Shown: piece after piece, positions 47,106 to 56,270 of the stretch
Numbering within the stretch: position 1 is the first letter of the stretch
Layout of the letters: every line of letters begins with the position of its first letter
DNA from: Anaerolentibacter hominis
GTDB lineage: Bacteria; Bacillota; Clostridia; Lachnospirales; Lachnospiraceae
Direction: 5' to 3'
DNA length: 64,000 nt
NCBI RefSeq assembly: GCF_032380675.1
Contig: NZ_JAWDIX010000004.1
Coordinates: 95,560-159,559 of the forward strand
Translations under genes and position numbers: made by a program
Notes under the pieces: generated by a model
What the model was told of the DNA's origin: nothing
Databases searched by the model: none
The model's input: the letters and a program-made list of their open reading frames with translations, nothing else

Positions 47106-48311
47106 TTGAACATGGAAGACCCGTTGCTATACGGCGTATTAATTATAGTGATTCTTATTTTGACGGCGGTATTAAACAGCGCCCGGGAGGGCTGCGAGGA
47201 AACCAGTGAGAGCCGGTACATAGGTATTATAACCGGCTGGCTGATTTCACTGAATGTTGCACTGGGAGTCTGCATTGTGCTGCTGGCGCAGCAGTTTGAG
47301 CTGGCGGCAGGTATTGGAATCGGCCTCCTTGTTTTGTTTGTTGCACTATTTTTCTGTAATGCGCTGCCTCAGAAACTGGCACTGCGTGATCCTGGGAGAA
47401 TAGTGGAGCGAACCCGCGGGTTGGTTAAACTGTTAAATGTACTGGCCTCTCCGTTTCATTTCATAGGCAAAAAGCTGCTCAGGCTGATTTATCTGATTGC
47501 CAGGATTAATCCGGAAGAATTGGAAGACAACGTGACAGAAGAAGAGATTATCTCCATGGTGAATGAGGGATACGAGCAGGGTGTGCTGGAAGACAGCGAA
47601 GCGGAAATGATCTCCAATATAATGGAGTTGGACGATAAAGAAGTAAAAGATATCATGACTCACCGCAAGAAGATTATCGGAATCGACGCGGATATGAGTA
47701 TTGAAGAGGCATTAAAATTTATACTGGGCAAAAGCTATTCCCGCTATCCGCTTTATGAGGAAGATATAGACAATATCGTGGGAATCCTGCATCTGAAGGA
47801 CCTGACAAAATGGTATGTCATGGGGCAGGATACGAAACGGTCACTCAGAGATATAGCCCGGAAACCATTTTTTGTACCAGATACACAGGATATCAACGAT
47901 CTGTTTCATCAGATGCAGATGAAGAAGATACATATGGCAATCGCAATTGACGAATACGGACAGACGGCCGGACTGGTTGCCATGGAAGATATTCTGGAGG
48001 AAATCGTCGGGAATATTCTGGATGAATACGATGTAGATGAGAAATTTATAATAGATCTGGGTGATGGCCGGTATATCATGAGAGGCCTGGCAAATCTGGA
48101 AGATGTAGAAGAAACGCTGGATATCTCGGTAGAGGAAGAAGAGTACGATACCTTAAACGGCCTTCTGGTATCACTTCTGGGCCGCATACCTGCGGAGGGA
48201 GAAAAAGCCGTAATAGACTATCAGGGTTACCGTTTTCAGATCATGGATGTGAGAGATAAGACGATCCGGTTCGTCAGAGTGACAAAGGAAGGACTGGACG
48301 ACGAAGAATAA
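47106..48311 (+). CDS. CNNM/CorC-family protein (DUF21 TM + CBS pair + CorC_HlyC)
   Basis: N-terminal 4-TM DUF21, tandem CBS, C-terminal transporter-associated domain. Confidence 0.85.
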   Translation: MNMEDPLLYGVLIIVILILTAVLNSAREGCEETSESRYIGIITGWLISLNVALGVCIVLLAQQFELAAGIGIGLLVLFVALFFCNALPQKLALRDPGRIVERTRGLVKLLNVLASPFHFIGKKLLRLIYLIARINPEELEDNVTEEEIISMVNEGYEQGVLEDSEAEMISNIMELDDKEVKDIMTHRKKIIGIDADMSIEEALKFILGKSYSRYPLYEEDIDNIVGILHLKDLTKWYVMGQDTKRSLRDIARKPFFVPDTQDINDLFHQMQMKKIHMAIAIDEYGQTAGLVAMEDILEEIVGNILDEYDVDEKFIIDLGDGRYIMRGLANLEDVEETLDISVEEEEYDTLNGLLVSLLGRIPAEGEKAVIDYQGYRFQIMDVRDKTIRFVRVTKEGLDDEE

Positions 48312-48509
48312 AGAATAGCTAAGCAGAGCGAAGCTATTCGCTACTTCTCAAAAAGCGAAGCGTTTGAGAAGGGGCCCGATCTTTTTATGAAGTGAGGAAC
48401 GAACGTAATAAAGAATAGCTAAGCAGAGTGAAGCTATTCGCTACTTCTCAAAAAGCGAAGCGTTTGAGAAGGGCCCCGTTTTTTTTTATGAAGTGAGGAA
48501 CGAACGTAA
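48309..48509 (+). repeat. tandem direct repeat, 2 x about 100 bp, unit begins with a copy of the last about 25 nt of corC
   Basis: units 48309-48408 and 48409-48509 near-identical; each holds hairpin AGCGAAgctaTTCGCT, 9-bp hairpin CTTCTCAAA...TTTGAGAAG, a GGGCCC element plus T-run; unit ends GAACGAACGTAATAAAGAATAGC echo corC 3' end GACGACGAAGAATAAAGAATAGC. Confidence 0.7.
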
Positions 48510-48515
48510 TAAAAA

Positions 48516-48552
48516 AGCCAGAAAAAAAGCAGCGGTAGGGGCCGCTGCTTTT
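48516..48552 (+). terminator. rho-independent terminator
   Basis: AAAAAAGCAGCGG-tagggg-CCGCTGCTTTTTT. Confidence 0.75.
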
Positions 48553-48753
48553 TTCCTGGTAACTAAATACCAAAGTGTATAATAGGGTGGGAGTAGAAAG
48601 TGTTTATCCACTATCTAAACTTAAATATAGCCCCCAAATGTGTTCTCCCTGTGACTAAAATATGAACATTTTCTAAACTGAGCCCCGCATAATCGGAAGC
48701 GGAAGATGGTCGGAAAGCTAGCTTTCCAGACATCTTTCGCTTTTGATTATATG

Positions 48754-48891
48754 TGGCGAAGCCACGAAGCGAGCATCCCGTCAGGGATGCGTAGCTTAGC
48801 GAGGCGGAAAGCCCGCAAAACAGAGGCGAAGCCCGTTTAACATTGGCGAAGCCACGAAGCGAGCATCCCGTCAGGGATGCGTAGCTTAGCG
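48754..48891 (+). repeat. second direct-repeat family: two 48-bp copies 90 bp apart
   Basis: TGGCGAAGCCACGAAGCGAGCATCCCGTCAGGGATGCGTAGCTTAGCG at 48754-48801 and 48844-48891; contains 7-bp hairpin GCATCCC-gtca-GGGATGC and GCGAAGC motifs. Confidence 0.65.
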
Positions 48892-48929
48892 GGGCGGTAA
48901 GCCTTGCTATGGCGACTTACAGCACTGTC

Positions 48930-50078
48930 CTATTGAAAATTCACTACAATGGAGACCGTCTCTTCACCAAAGAAATGTTTTGATACCCTATATGTCCCGG
49001 GTACCAACCTGGCGTATTCCGCCAGGTTCAGATAAAATGTCTGCCTTTTATTCCCTTCCAAAGGATAGAGAATAAAAGTTTTTGAAGTCTCATACTCCAC
49101 GTTGGCAAACCGCCTGGGAACCCGGTACCAGCTGCCATCGTTCCGATAATCCAGAATGATTTCTCTGCTGTAATTATATGTATTGCTGGTTTGGTTCTTC
49201 AGGTACAAGATTATTTCTTTATCCTCAATGGAATACACTTGTTTATCTGTCTGACAGGAAATATTCGGATTGCCTGCCGCATCTGCCGGGATATCGGAGA
49301 TCTCCAGGTGAAGATCCGGATCGGCAATACTGGAAGCGATACCTGGTATGCCCAGACATTCATAGGAAAAATCTTTGCCTGGATTACATATCGTTTCACT
49401 CAGCCAACGCTCCATTTCCTCATTCATATAACAAACAGCTAAGGTACAGTGGTCAGGAGCATCATTGATATAAGCCGAAATTTCATCCACCCCGTCAAGA
49501 CCAAATGTCTGGATACGTACCGGTCCATTCCAGGCGAGGGAGACAGCGCCGGGATGTTCCGATTCGTAACGGCGCAGTCCTTCGTAAAGAGACATAAGGG
49601 CCGGAGAAGGCGGATTCTGTCTTACGTACAATGGATACTGTATCCCGGACTCCGGGATCTGTCTTATCTGAAAATCTGAATGTGAGAAAACGGCGTCCGA
49701 AAGTATAGTTTCTTTTATCCACTGTTCACGTTCTTTATTCAGAGAGAACACCGGCAGAATATAGAGTCCGGATGCTTCCTCGTACTGAATGGGGAGCATG
49801 GCAATGTTCTGACTCAGGATTCCATAGGCTTCTTCTGAAAAGGAACCCGAGAGGGGATACCGATACCTGCTTTCTTCCTTAACAGGGTATGACACATCCA
49901 GTGGATGGGATTTGTCATAGGATTGAAGCGCCATGTCAAACGTCTGCTGCAGCCGGCCCAGCAAGTCTGGATCTGGCTCCGGTAAAGAGGCTTCCCCTGG
50001 CTGGTTATAAGACACAGAACATGAGGAGATAAATACCATGAATAAGATAAACACGGATATAACTTTTGTTTTCTTCAT
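48930..50078 (-). CDS. hypothetical lipoprotein
   Basis: signal peptide with lipobox FISSC; 382 aa, no recognizable catalytic motifs. Confidence 0.6.
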   Translation of the reverse strand: MKKTKVISVFILFMVFISSCSVSYNQPGEASLPEPDPDLLGRLQQTFDMALQSYDKSHPLDVSYPVKEESRYRYPLSGSFSEEAYGILSQNIAMLPIQYEEASGLYILPVFSLNKEREQWIKETILSDAVFSHSDFQIRQIPESGIQYPLYVRQNPPSPALMSLYEGLRRYESEHPGAVSLAWNGPVRIQTFGLDGVDEISAYINDAPDHCTLAVCYMNEEMERWLSETICNPGKDFSYECLGIPGIASSIADPDLHLEISDIPADAAGNPNISCQTDKQVYSIEDKEIILYLKNQTSNTYNYSREIILDYRNDGSWYRVPRRFANVEYETSKTFILYPLEGNKRQTFYLNLAEYARLVPGTYRVSKHFFGEETVSIVVNFQ

Positions 50079-50228
50079 AAATTGCAGCCTCCCGCTAATT
50101 CAATATTGATAATCAGGAATCTTTTAACTCAGGTACGAAGGCCTTTTCTTTTATAATACAGCAGAAAAAACAGCAAATAAAGTTCTAAATATCCTCCTGT
50201 TCCCCTCCTTTTCCTCCGCCACATTATC

Positions 50229-50257
50229 TTGCAAAAACCACCACCCTTGTCTATAAT
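50229..50257 (+). promoter_or_regulatory. sigma-70 promoter TTGCAA-17-TATAAT upstream of adenine deaminase 1
   Basis: near-consensus hexamers with 17-nt spacing. Confidence 0.55.
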
Positions 50258-50322
50258 GAACAGTAGCAATGAAATAGAGGGAAAAATCCCGAAAAATGTG
50301 ATCAATCAAAGGAGAAAACAGG

Positions 50323-52086
50323 ATGAGAGTTTCAGAAAAAGCAGACCGCAGCAGGCTGATTGCGGCAGCGATGCAGAAAATTCCATGTGATTTAACCGTT
50401 GAAAACGTCAAGCTGGTTAACGTGATTACCGGAGAGATTTATCCGGCCAGTGTGGATGTACTGGATGGAACCATTGTAAGAGTCAGAGAAGAGGGAGAGA
50501 CTACTGAAGTCCCTTCCAGGACTGTTTATGATGGTAAGGGCGCTTATTTAATGCCCGGATTTATTGACGCTCATATGCATGTGGAAAGCACAATGATGAT
50601 ACCGGAGAATTTCGCAAGGGTAGCGGTTCCCTGGGGCACAACTACGGTGTGTACAGATCCTCATGAAATCGGCAATGTCATGGGAATTCCGGGTGTGAAA
50701 TTTATGCTGGAGAGCGGCCGTCAGGCGGCGCTTCGTCATCTGGTTCTGGCTCCTTCCTGTGTGCCTGCTGTTCCGGGGCTTGAGAGCACCGGTGCCGATT
50801 TCTTTGCAAAAGAAGTGGGTGAACTGCTGGATATGGACGACGTGGTTGGTATCGCGGAAATTATGGATTATGTTGGTGTATATAATGATACGGACCGTAT
50901 GCATACCATTATCGACGAAGGAATAAAGAGAAATCTTCTGCTTCAGGGACATGCTCCCAGCGTGACAGGCAAAGAGCTGGCAGCGTACCGGATCGGCGGA
51001 CCTGTAACGGATCACGAGAGCAACACGGCAGAGGAAATCAATGAGAAGCTGCGCATGGGTATTCATGTTAACCTGCGTGCAAGTTCGATTGTGGATAATC
51101 TGGGAACTCTTCTGGGCGGCCTGAAAAACCACAAATTCTATGATTTCGTATCGGTCTGCACCGATGATGTCCATGCGAAGGATATCCTGGAGAAGGGGCA
51201 TCTTAACAGTGTGATCGGCAAGGCAATCAAGAAAGGTATTGAACCTCTGGATATTATCAAGATGGCAACGCTGAACGCGGCAAGAGAGTATGGTTTTGAT
51301 GATCTGGGAGCAATTGCGCCTGGCTATCTTGCGGATATGCAGCTGGTGGATGAGCTGGACGGCCGCCGTCCGAACGCGGTATTTATCAAAGGACAGCTGG
51401 TTGCTGAGAACGGAAACTACATAGCAAAAGATCCTGCTGAGAAAAAATATGATTTCCCGAATACGGTCAATATGGAGCAGCTTCAGACAGCGGATGATTT
51501 CCGCCTGAAAGCACCGGAAGGCTGCGGGGATAAAGTAAAGACCCTGATTATGGAGCCGGTGACAAAGGGTATTGTAATGAAGGGTTCCATGGAAGAACTG
51601 CCTGTTGTCAATGGCTATGTTACTCTGGGAGATCATGATGACCTGCAGTTTGTGTGCATAGCAAATCGTTATGGTACCGGAACCAAGAGTATAGTTGTAA
51701 TGAGAAATTATGGGCTGAAAGAAGGGGCGGTTGCTTCTACCGTATCCCATGACAGCCATAACTTTACGGTTATATATAAGGACGCTGAGGATGCCCTTGC
51801 GGCGGCTCAGGAACTGAAACGTACCGGCGGCGGTATGTGCGCAGTAAAGGAAGGCAAGATCTTATATACCCTTCCTCTGCCGGTAGCGGGGCTTATGTCC
51901 ACCCTTCCCTGTGAGCCTCTGGCAAAGGAGATTGAGACGATGGAGAAGGCAATGCTGTCTCTGTGTCCGGACGAGTCCTCTATTCTGATGATTGCCTGCC
52001 TTGCCCTGCCGGTAAGACCAGGCCTGATTATGACGGATATAGGCATTGTTGACGGTCTGACCCAGGAATTTGTCAGCCAGTTTTAA
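50323..52086 (+). CDS. ade: adenine deaminase (amidohydrolase superfamily), paralog 1
   Basis: 587 aa; metal-binding GFIDAHMHVESTMM and downstream His/Asp ligands typical of adenine deaminase. Confidence 0.85.
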   Translation: MRVSEKADRSRLIAAAMQKIPCDLTVENVKLVNVITGEIYPASVDVLDGTIVRVREEGETTEVPSRTVYDGKGAYLMPGFIDAHMHVESTMMIPENFARVAVPWGTTTVCTDPHEIGNVMGIPGVKFMLESGRQAALRHLVLAPSCVPAVPGLESTGADFFAKEVGELLDMDDVVGIAEIMDYVGVYNDTDRMHTIIDEGIKRNLLLQGHAPSVTGKELAAYRIGGPVTDHESNTAEEINEKLRMGIHVNLRASSIVDNLGTLLGGLKNHKFYDFVSVCTDDVHAKDILEKGHLNSVIGKAIKKGIEPLDIIKMATLNAAREYGFDDLGAIAPGYLADMQLVDELDGRRPNAVFIKGQLVAENGNYIAKDPAEKKYDFPNTVNMEQLQTADDFRLKAPEGCGDKVKTLIMEPVTKGIVMKGSMEELPVVNGYVTLGDHDDLQFVCIANRYGTGTKSIVVMRNYGLKEGAVASTVSHDSHNFTVIYKDAEDALAAAQELKRTGGGMCAVKEGKILYTLPLPVAGLMSTLPCEPLAKEIETMEKAMLSLCPDESSILMIACLALPVRPGLIMTDIGIVDGLTQEFVSQF

Positions 52087-52092
52087 AATAGA

Positions 52093-52131
52093 ACAGGCAT
52101 CGGACTTATGAGCCGGTGCCTGTATTTATTT
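52093..52131 (+). terminator. terminator between the two ade paralogs
   Basis: ACAGGCATCGG...CCGGTGCCTGT followed by ATTTATTT. Confidence 0.6.
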
Positions 52132-52160
52132 AAAAATACAAAGGAGGAGGGGACTGCGCT

Positions 52161-53936
52161 ATGAGAGTAATTGAAAATAGAGACCGAAGCCGTCTGATTG
52201 CGGCGGCTATGCAGAAAATACCCTGTGATCTGACCATTGAAAACGTAAAGTTTGTGAATGTGATTACGGGTGAAATTTATCCCGCCAGCGTGGATATCCT
52301 GGACGGCATTGTCATCCGGGTGCGCACAGAAGGGGAAATGACGAAGAAGCCCAGTAACGAGATTTATGACGGCAAAGGAAATTATCTGGTGCCGGGATTT
52401 ATTGATATTCATATGCATATTGAGAGTACAATGATGATACCGGAAAACTTTGGCCGGGCTGCAATTCTGTGCGGAACGACAAGTGTGTTTGTTGATCCGC
52501 ACGAGATTGGCAATGTAATGGGTATTCCCGGTGTAAGATTTATGGTGGAGAATGCAAGGAAATCTCCGGTCCGCCAGTTCAATTTGGCTCCATCCTGTGT
52601 GCCTTCTGTTCCCGGAGTAGAAGGGGCGGGGGCCGAATTTAATGCGGGAGAGATCGCTGATTTGCTGGGTATGGATGGAGTTTACGGCATTGCGGAGGTA
52701 ATGGATTTTGTCAATGTGGTGCAGGATGCGCCTAGAATGCATGATATCGTGGAAGAAGGGCTTAAGAGAGACTGTCTGATCCAGGGCCACGCGCCGGGCG
52801 TGCTGGGCAAAGAACTGGCGGCTTATATACTGGCCGGGCCTACCGATAACCACAGTCTGAGCACGGCGGAGGAAGCCTGCCAGGATCTGCGGGCGGGGCT
52901 CTACGCCAACTTCCAGGAAAGCTCCCTCTCTGCCAGAAGAATGCCGGAACTTTTAAAGGGGATCAAAAACCACAGATGGCACGATCATGTAACGCTCTGT
53001 ACGGATGATGTCCATGCCAAGGACCTTATGGAGACAGGTCATGTCAACAGACTGATCAAGTCTGTACTTATGGAGGGAATTGATCCTGTAGAAGCAATCC
53101 GCTGGGCTACCTATAATTCGGGCCGGGATTCCGGCTTTAGGGATCTGGGAGCAATTGCGCCAGGGTATGTCGCGGATATCCAGCTGCTAGGGGAGCTGGA
53201 CGGAAGAAATCCGGAGGCAGTCTTTGTGGCAGGAAAACTGGCTGCCGAGCATGGAGTACTTGTCGGCGAATACAAAGAAGACGAAGGTTCCGCGTTCCAG
53301 CCGGAAAATACGGTGCATATAGACTACATTACAGGGCCTGACATGTTCCGCCTGAAAGCGCCGGTAGAAAATGGCACCGTACGGGCAGCTGTGATGGACT
53401 ATGATTATAACGGCACCGGGAAAACAGAAGTTGTGTATGAGGAAGTGCCTGTCCGGGACGGATATGTAGATATCAGCGGCAAAGATGAACTGCACTATAT
53501 GAGTGTATGGAACCGCCATAAAAGTACGGATCACACCATTACTCTCTGCAGGAACTTCGGACTTTTAAAGGGAGCTATGGGCAGCACAATAGCCCATGAC
53601 TGCCATAATCTGGTCTTGGCTTACCGGGACAGGGAGGATGCGCATCTGGCCGCCAGAGCTCTGGCCGAATGTGGAGGAGGTATCTGCGCGGTACATCAGG
53701 GTGAGGTGAAGGGTCTGCTGAAGCTTCCGGTAGCCGGCCTGATGAGTACGCTTCCATGCGAGAAACTGGTTCCGGAGATCGGGGCGGCGGAGGCAGCGGT
53801 AGATCAGCTGTGCGACCGAAAGGGAAAATTGATGAAGGCGGCCATTCTTTCCCTGGCCTGTATCCCGATGGCGGTTATTACAGACAGGGGATTAGTCGAT
53901 GGTCGGACCCAGAAATTCTATGAGTTGTTTCAATAA
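52161..53936 (+). CDS. ade: adenine deaminase paralog 2
   Basis: 591 aa; same domain organisation; first about 50 aa nearly identical to paralog 1 at protein level but diverged at synonymous DNA sites. Confidence 0.85.
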   Translation: MRVIENRDRSRLIAAAMQKIPCDLTIENVKFVNVITGEIYPASVDILDGIVIRVRTEGEMTKKPSNEIYDGKGNYLVPGFIDIHMHIESTMMIPENFGRAAILCGTTSVFVDPHEIGNVMGIPGVRFMVENARKSPVRQFNLAPSCVPSVPGVEGAGAEFNAGEIADLLGMDGVYGIAEVMDFVNVVQDAPRMHDIVEEGLKRDCLIQGHAPGVLGKELAAYILAGPTDNHSLSTAEEACQDLRAGLYANFQESSLSARRMPELLKGIKNHRWHDHVTLCTDDVHAKDLMETGHVNRLIKSVLMEGIDPVEAIRWATYNSGRDSGFRDLGAIAPGYVADIQLLGELDGRNPEAVFVAGKLAAEHGVLVGEYKEDEGSAFQPENTVHIDYITGPDMFRLKAPVENGTVRAAVMDYDYNGTGKTEVVYEEVPVRDGYVDISGKDELHYMSVWNRHKSTDHTITLCRNFGLLKGAMGSTIAHDCHNLVLAYRDREDAHLAARALAECGGGICAVHQGEVKGLLKLPVAGLMSTLPCEKLVPEIGAAEAAVDQLCDRKGKLMKAAILSLACIPMAVITDRGLVDGRTQKFYELFQ

Positions 53937-53977
53937 AACATAGAATTCGACAATATTCGGAATAATGAATGAAGCTG

Positions 53978-54024
53978 ACAGGTTCCCGGAGACAGACACT
54001 GTGCTTTGCGGGAACCTGTTTTTA
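53978..54024 (+). terminator. rho-independent terminator after ade paralog 2
   Basis: ACAGGTTCCCG...CGGGAACCTGT followed by TTTTTATT. Confidence 0.8.
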
Positions 54025-54074
54025 TTACATAGAAAGTTCTCCAAACTTTCCTATGTTGCCCGCTTTGTTACGGG

Positions 54075-54114
54075 AAAAAAGGATTCTGCCGCGGATACGG
54101 CAGAATCCTTTTCC
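54075..54114. terminator. second terminator-like hairpin (bidirectional)
   Basis: AAAAAAGGATTCTGCCG-cggata-CGGCAGAATCCTTTTCC. Confidence 0.65.
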
Positions 54115-54262
54115 AAATTAATGTATTAAAATGGGGAGAAGAAATAAAAAACAAAAAATCATCTTATCTAACAAGCTAGTTATATTGTAAACAACAAATA
54201 TGAGGAAAATATGACTTCATTGAATACAATTTGTGAACAATTGAGTTCATAAATTGTACTAT

Positions 54263-54400
54263 AGACGCAATAGGAATAGGGTGGAAAAACAGAGCTTTGC
54301 ACTGGGAGCATACCATATGTTGATATGTGAGCGAGATTATATATCAACATATGGTATAGAGCGTAGCGCCGCAGGCGCTTTTGCCGCCCTGTTCCTATTG
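54263..54400 (+). ncRNA. candidate small structured RNA/element (three nested helices), unclassified
   Basis: 14-bp outer helix CAATAGGAATAGGG / CCCTGTTCCTATTG (one G-U) enclosing a perfect 14-bp hairpin CCATATGTTGATAT...ATATCAACATATGG and a GC hairpin AGCGCCgcaGGCGCT plus TTT; upstream TTGTGA...TACTAT promoter-like hexamers. Confidence 0.35.
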
Positions 54401-54425
54401 GAAAATGCCTCTTTCCTGGTTCATT

Positions 54426-54454
54426 CTTGCAGACAGAACCAGTTTAGGGTATGA
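54426..54454 (+). promoter_or_regulatory. sigma-70 promoter TTGCAG-17-TATGAT for rlmH
   Basis: hexamers with 17-nt spacing about 45 nt upstream of rlmH. Confidence 0.5.
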
Positions 54455-54499
54455 TAATTCAAAAGACAGACAAGAGAAAGAACCGGAGGACGGCGCCAG

Positions 54500-54982
54500 A
54501 TGAAAATTACCATATTGTGTGTGGGGAAGATAAAAGAAGCTTACTTTACAGGAGGAATCCGGGAATATGAAAAGAGGCTGAGCCGTTACTGCAAACTGGA
54601 TATTATCGAGGTAGCAGATGAGAAAACTCCGGATGGAGCGAGTGAGGCCCAGGAGACTGCGATCAGAAGAAAAGAGGGAGAACGCCTGTTAAAGCAGCTT
54701 AAGGATGAGAACGCCTATGTGATAGCGCTTGCTATCGAGGGGAAACAGAGGGATTCTCTGGAGTTTGCAAGGCTTATAGATGAGCTGGGAATCAGAGGTG
54801 TCAGCCATCTGGTGTTTATCATAGGAGGTTCGCTGGGGCTTGACGAGGCGGTGCTTGCACGGGCGGACGAGAAATTAAGTTTTTCCAATATGACATTTCC
54901 CCATCAGCTGATGCGGGTGATTCTGCTGGAACAGATCTATCGGGGCTATCGGATTATAAAAGGGGAGCCCTACCATAAATAG
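54500..54982 (+). CDS. rlmH: 23S rRNA (pseudouridine1915-N3)-methyltransferase
   Basis: SPOUT-class 160-aa protein, MKITILCVGKIKE N-terminus. Confidence 0.85.
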   Translation: MKITILCVGKIKEAYFTGGIREYEKRLSRYCKLDIIEVADEKTPDGASEAQETAIRRKEGERLLKQLKDENAYVIALAIEGKQRDSLEFARLIDELGIRGVSHLVFIIGGSLGLDEAVLARADEKLSFSNMTFPHQLMRVILLEQIYRGYRIIKGEPYHK

Positions 54983-55002
54983 ACAGATTGAGGAGGAAAA
55001 TC

Positions 55003-55689
55003 GTGGAGCATAAGTTCAGAACATTACTGTTGGATGTGGATGGAACACTGCTGGATTTTAAAGCCTGTGAAAAGGCGGCGCTGGAGCAGGTTTTTAAAAA
55101 ATACGGCATTGCCCTTACTGAGGAAGTCAGGAAGACCTATCATGAAATAAATAATGAACTCTGGGGCAGATATGAAAAGGGAGAGATTGACCGTGATACG
55201 GTGATTTATACCCGGTTTGGCCGGCTTTTTGAACTGACCGGCGTGGACGGAGACGGTATTGCTTTTGAGGATGATTATCAGGAGCTGCTGGGCGAAAGCC
55301 ACGTCCTGATGGACGGAGCGCTGGAGGTCGTGGATTATCTCTCAAAGCGTTATGATTTATATGTGGTAACAAACGGCGTTACACAGACCCAGATACAGAG
55401 ACTTTCTGACTCCGGCCTTATGCCCTATATGAAGGAGGTGTTTGTTTCTTCCGATACCGGTTATCAAAAGCCGCAGAAAGAGTATTTCGATTATTGTTTT
55501 GTGCGTATTCCGGACTTTGACGGCTCCAGGGCCCTGATCGTGGGAGACTCGCTCTCTTCCGATATTCTGGGAGGAAACCGGGCGGGGATTTCAACCTGCT
55601 GGATGAATCCGGAGGGGCAGCCAATCGAAGATGGAATAAAGGCCGATTTTGAAATAAAGAATCTGAGAGAGTTGATGGAATTCCTGTAG
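55003..55689 (+). CDS. HAD-superfamily hydrolase (YjjG-like 5'-nucleotidase subfamily)
   Basis: HAD motif I LLLDVDGTLLDF, motif IV GDSLSSDI; GTG 55003 with GAGGAGG SD. Confidence 0.75.
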   Translation: MEHKFRTLLLDVDGTLLDFKACEKAALEQVFKKYGIALTEEVRKTYHEINNELWGRYEKGEIDRDTVIYTRFGRLFELTGVDGDGIAFEDDYQELLGESHVLMDGALEVVDYLSKRYDLYVVTNGVTQTQIQRLSDSGLMPYMKEVFVSSDTGYQKPQKEYFDYCFVRIPDFDGSRALIVGDSLSSDILGGNRAGISTCWMNPEGQPIEDGIKADFEIKNLRELMEFL

Positions 55690-55756
55690 CCGCGGGTATA
55701 TAAACCGGGCTGCCTGTGAAACGGTCAGGAAAGAGACGGAAGGGATGGGTATAAAG

Positions 55757-56260
55757 ATGGCAAGAAAAGAAGAATTGATCCGGGAAATGATAATGTATTA
55801 CAACCGTGATCCGAAGAGAATCCAGCATTTTATGAAGGTGTATTCCTTTGCCCGAACCATCGGCATACTGGAAAATATTCCGGAGGAAGAACAGGAGATT
55901 CTGGAGACAGCAGCGATCGTTCATGACATTGGAATCCGGATCAGTGAAAAGAAATATCACTGCAGTACGGGCAGCTATCAGGAGCTGGAAGGTCCGCCTG
56001 CCGCACGGCCTATGCTGGAAAGGCTGGGTTATGGAGATGAGATCATTGGCAGAGTATGTTATCTGATCGGGCACCATCACACTTACTCCAATATCAAAGG
56101 AATGGACTATCAGATTTTGGTAGAAGCGGACTTCCTGGTAAATATTTATGAGGATGAAATGCCTGAAACGACGATACGAAATGTAAGAAGCAACATTTTC
56201 CGTACGCAGGCCGGGATTTTTCTGCTGGATGAAATGTACCTGAAACCTCGTACAAATTGA
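55757..56260 (+). CDS. HD-domain phosphohydrolase
   Basis: HDIG and HHH metal-binding motifs; start MARKEEL at ATG 55757. Confidence 0.7.
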   Translation: MARKEELIREMIMYYNRDPKRIQHFMKVYSFARTIGILENIPEEEQEILETAAIVHDIGIRISEKKYHCSTGSYQELEGPPAARPMLERLGYGDEIIGRVCYLIGHHHTYSNIKGMDYQILVEADFLVNIYEDEMPETTIRNVRSNIFRTQAGIFLLDEMYLKPRTN

Positions 56261-56270
56261 GGGGAGACTT

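Noticed and set aside
48309-48891. CRISPR array
   Set aside because: Repeats are 48-100 bp, only two copies each, with no regular repeat-spacer periodicity and no cas genes.
50258-50322. Possible purine riboswitch upstream of adenine deaminase
   Set aside because: Leader of about 60 nt is too short for an aptamer plus expression platform. No conserved purine-riboswitch junction sequences seen.
54254-54454. 66-aa + ORF inside the nested-helix element
   Set aside because: No SD. Its reading frame is an incidental consequence of the long inverted repeats. Treated as RNA/DNA structure instead.
55418-56080. 220-aa minus ORF covering the HAD/HD gene junction
   Set aside because: Antisense to two + strand genes with clear catalytic motifs. 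Pro/Arg/Ser-rich low-complexity translation.
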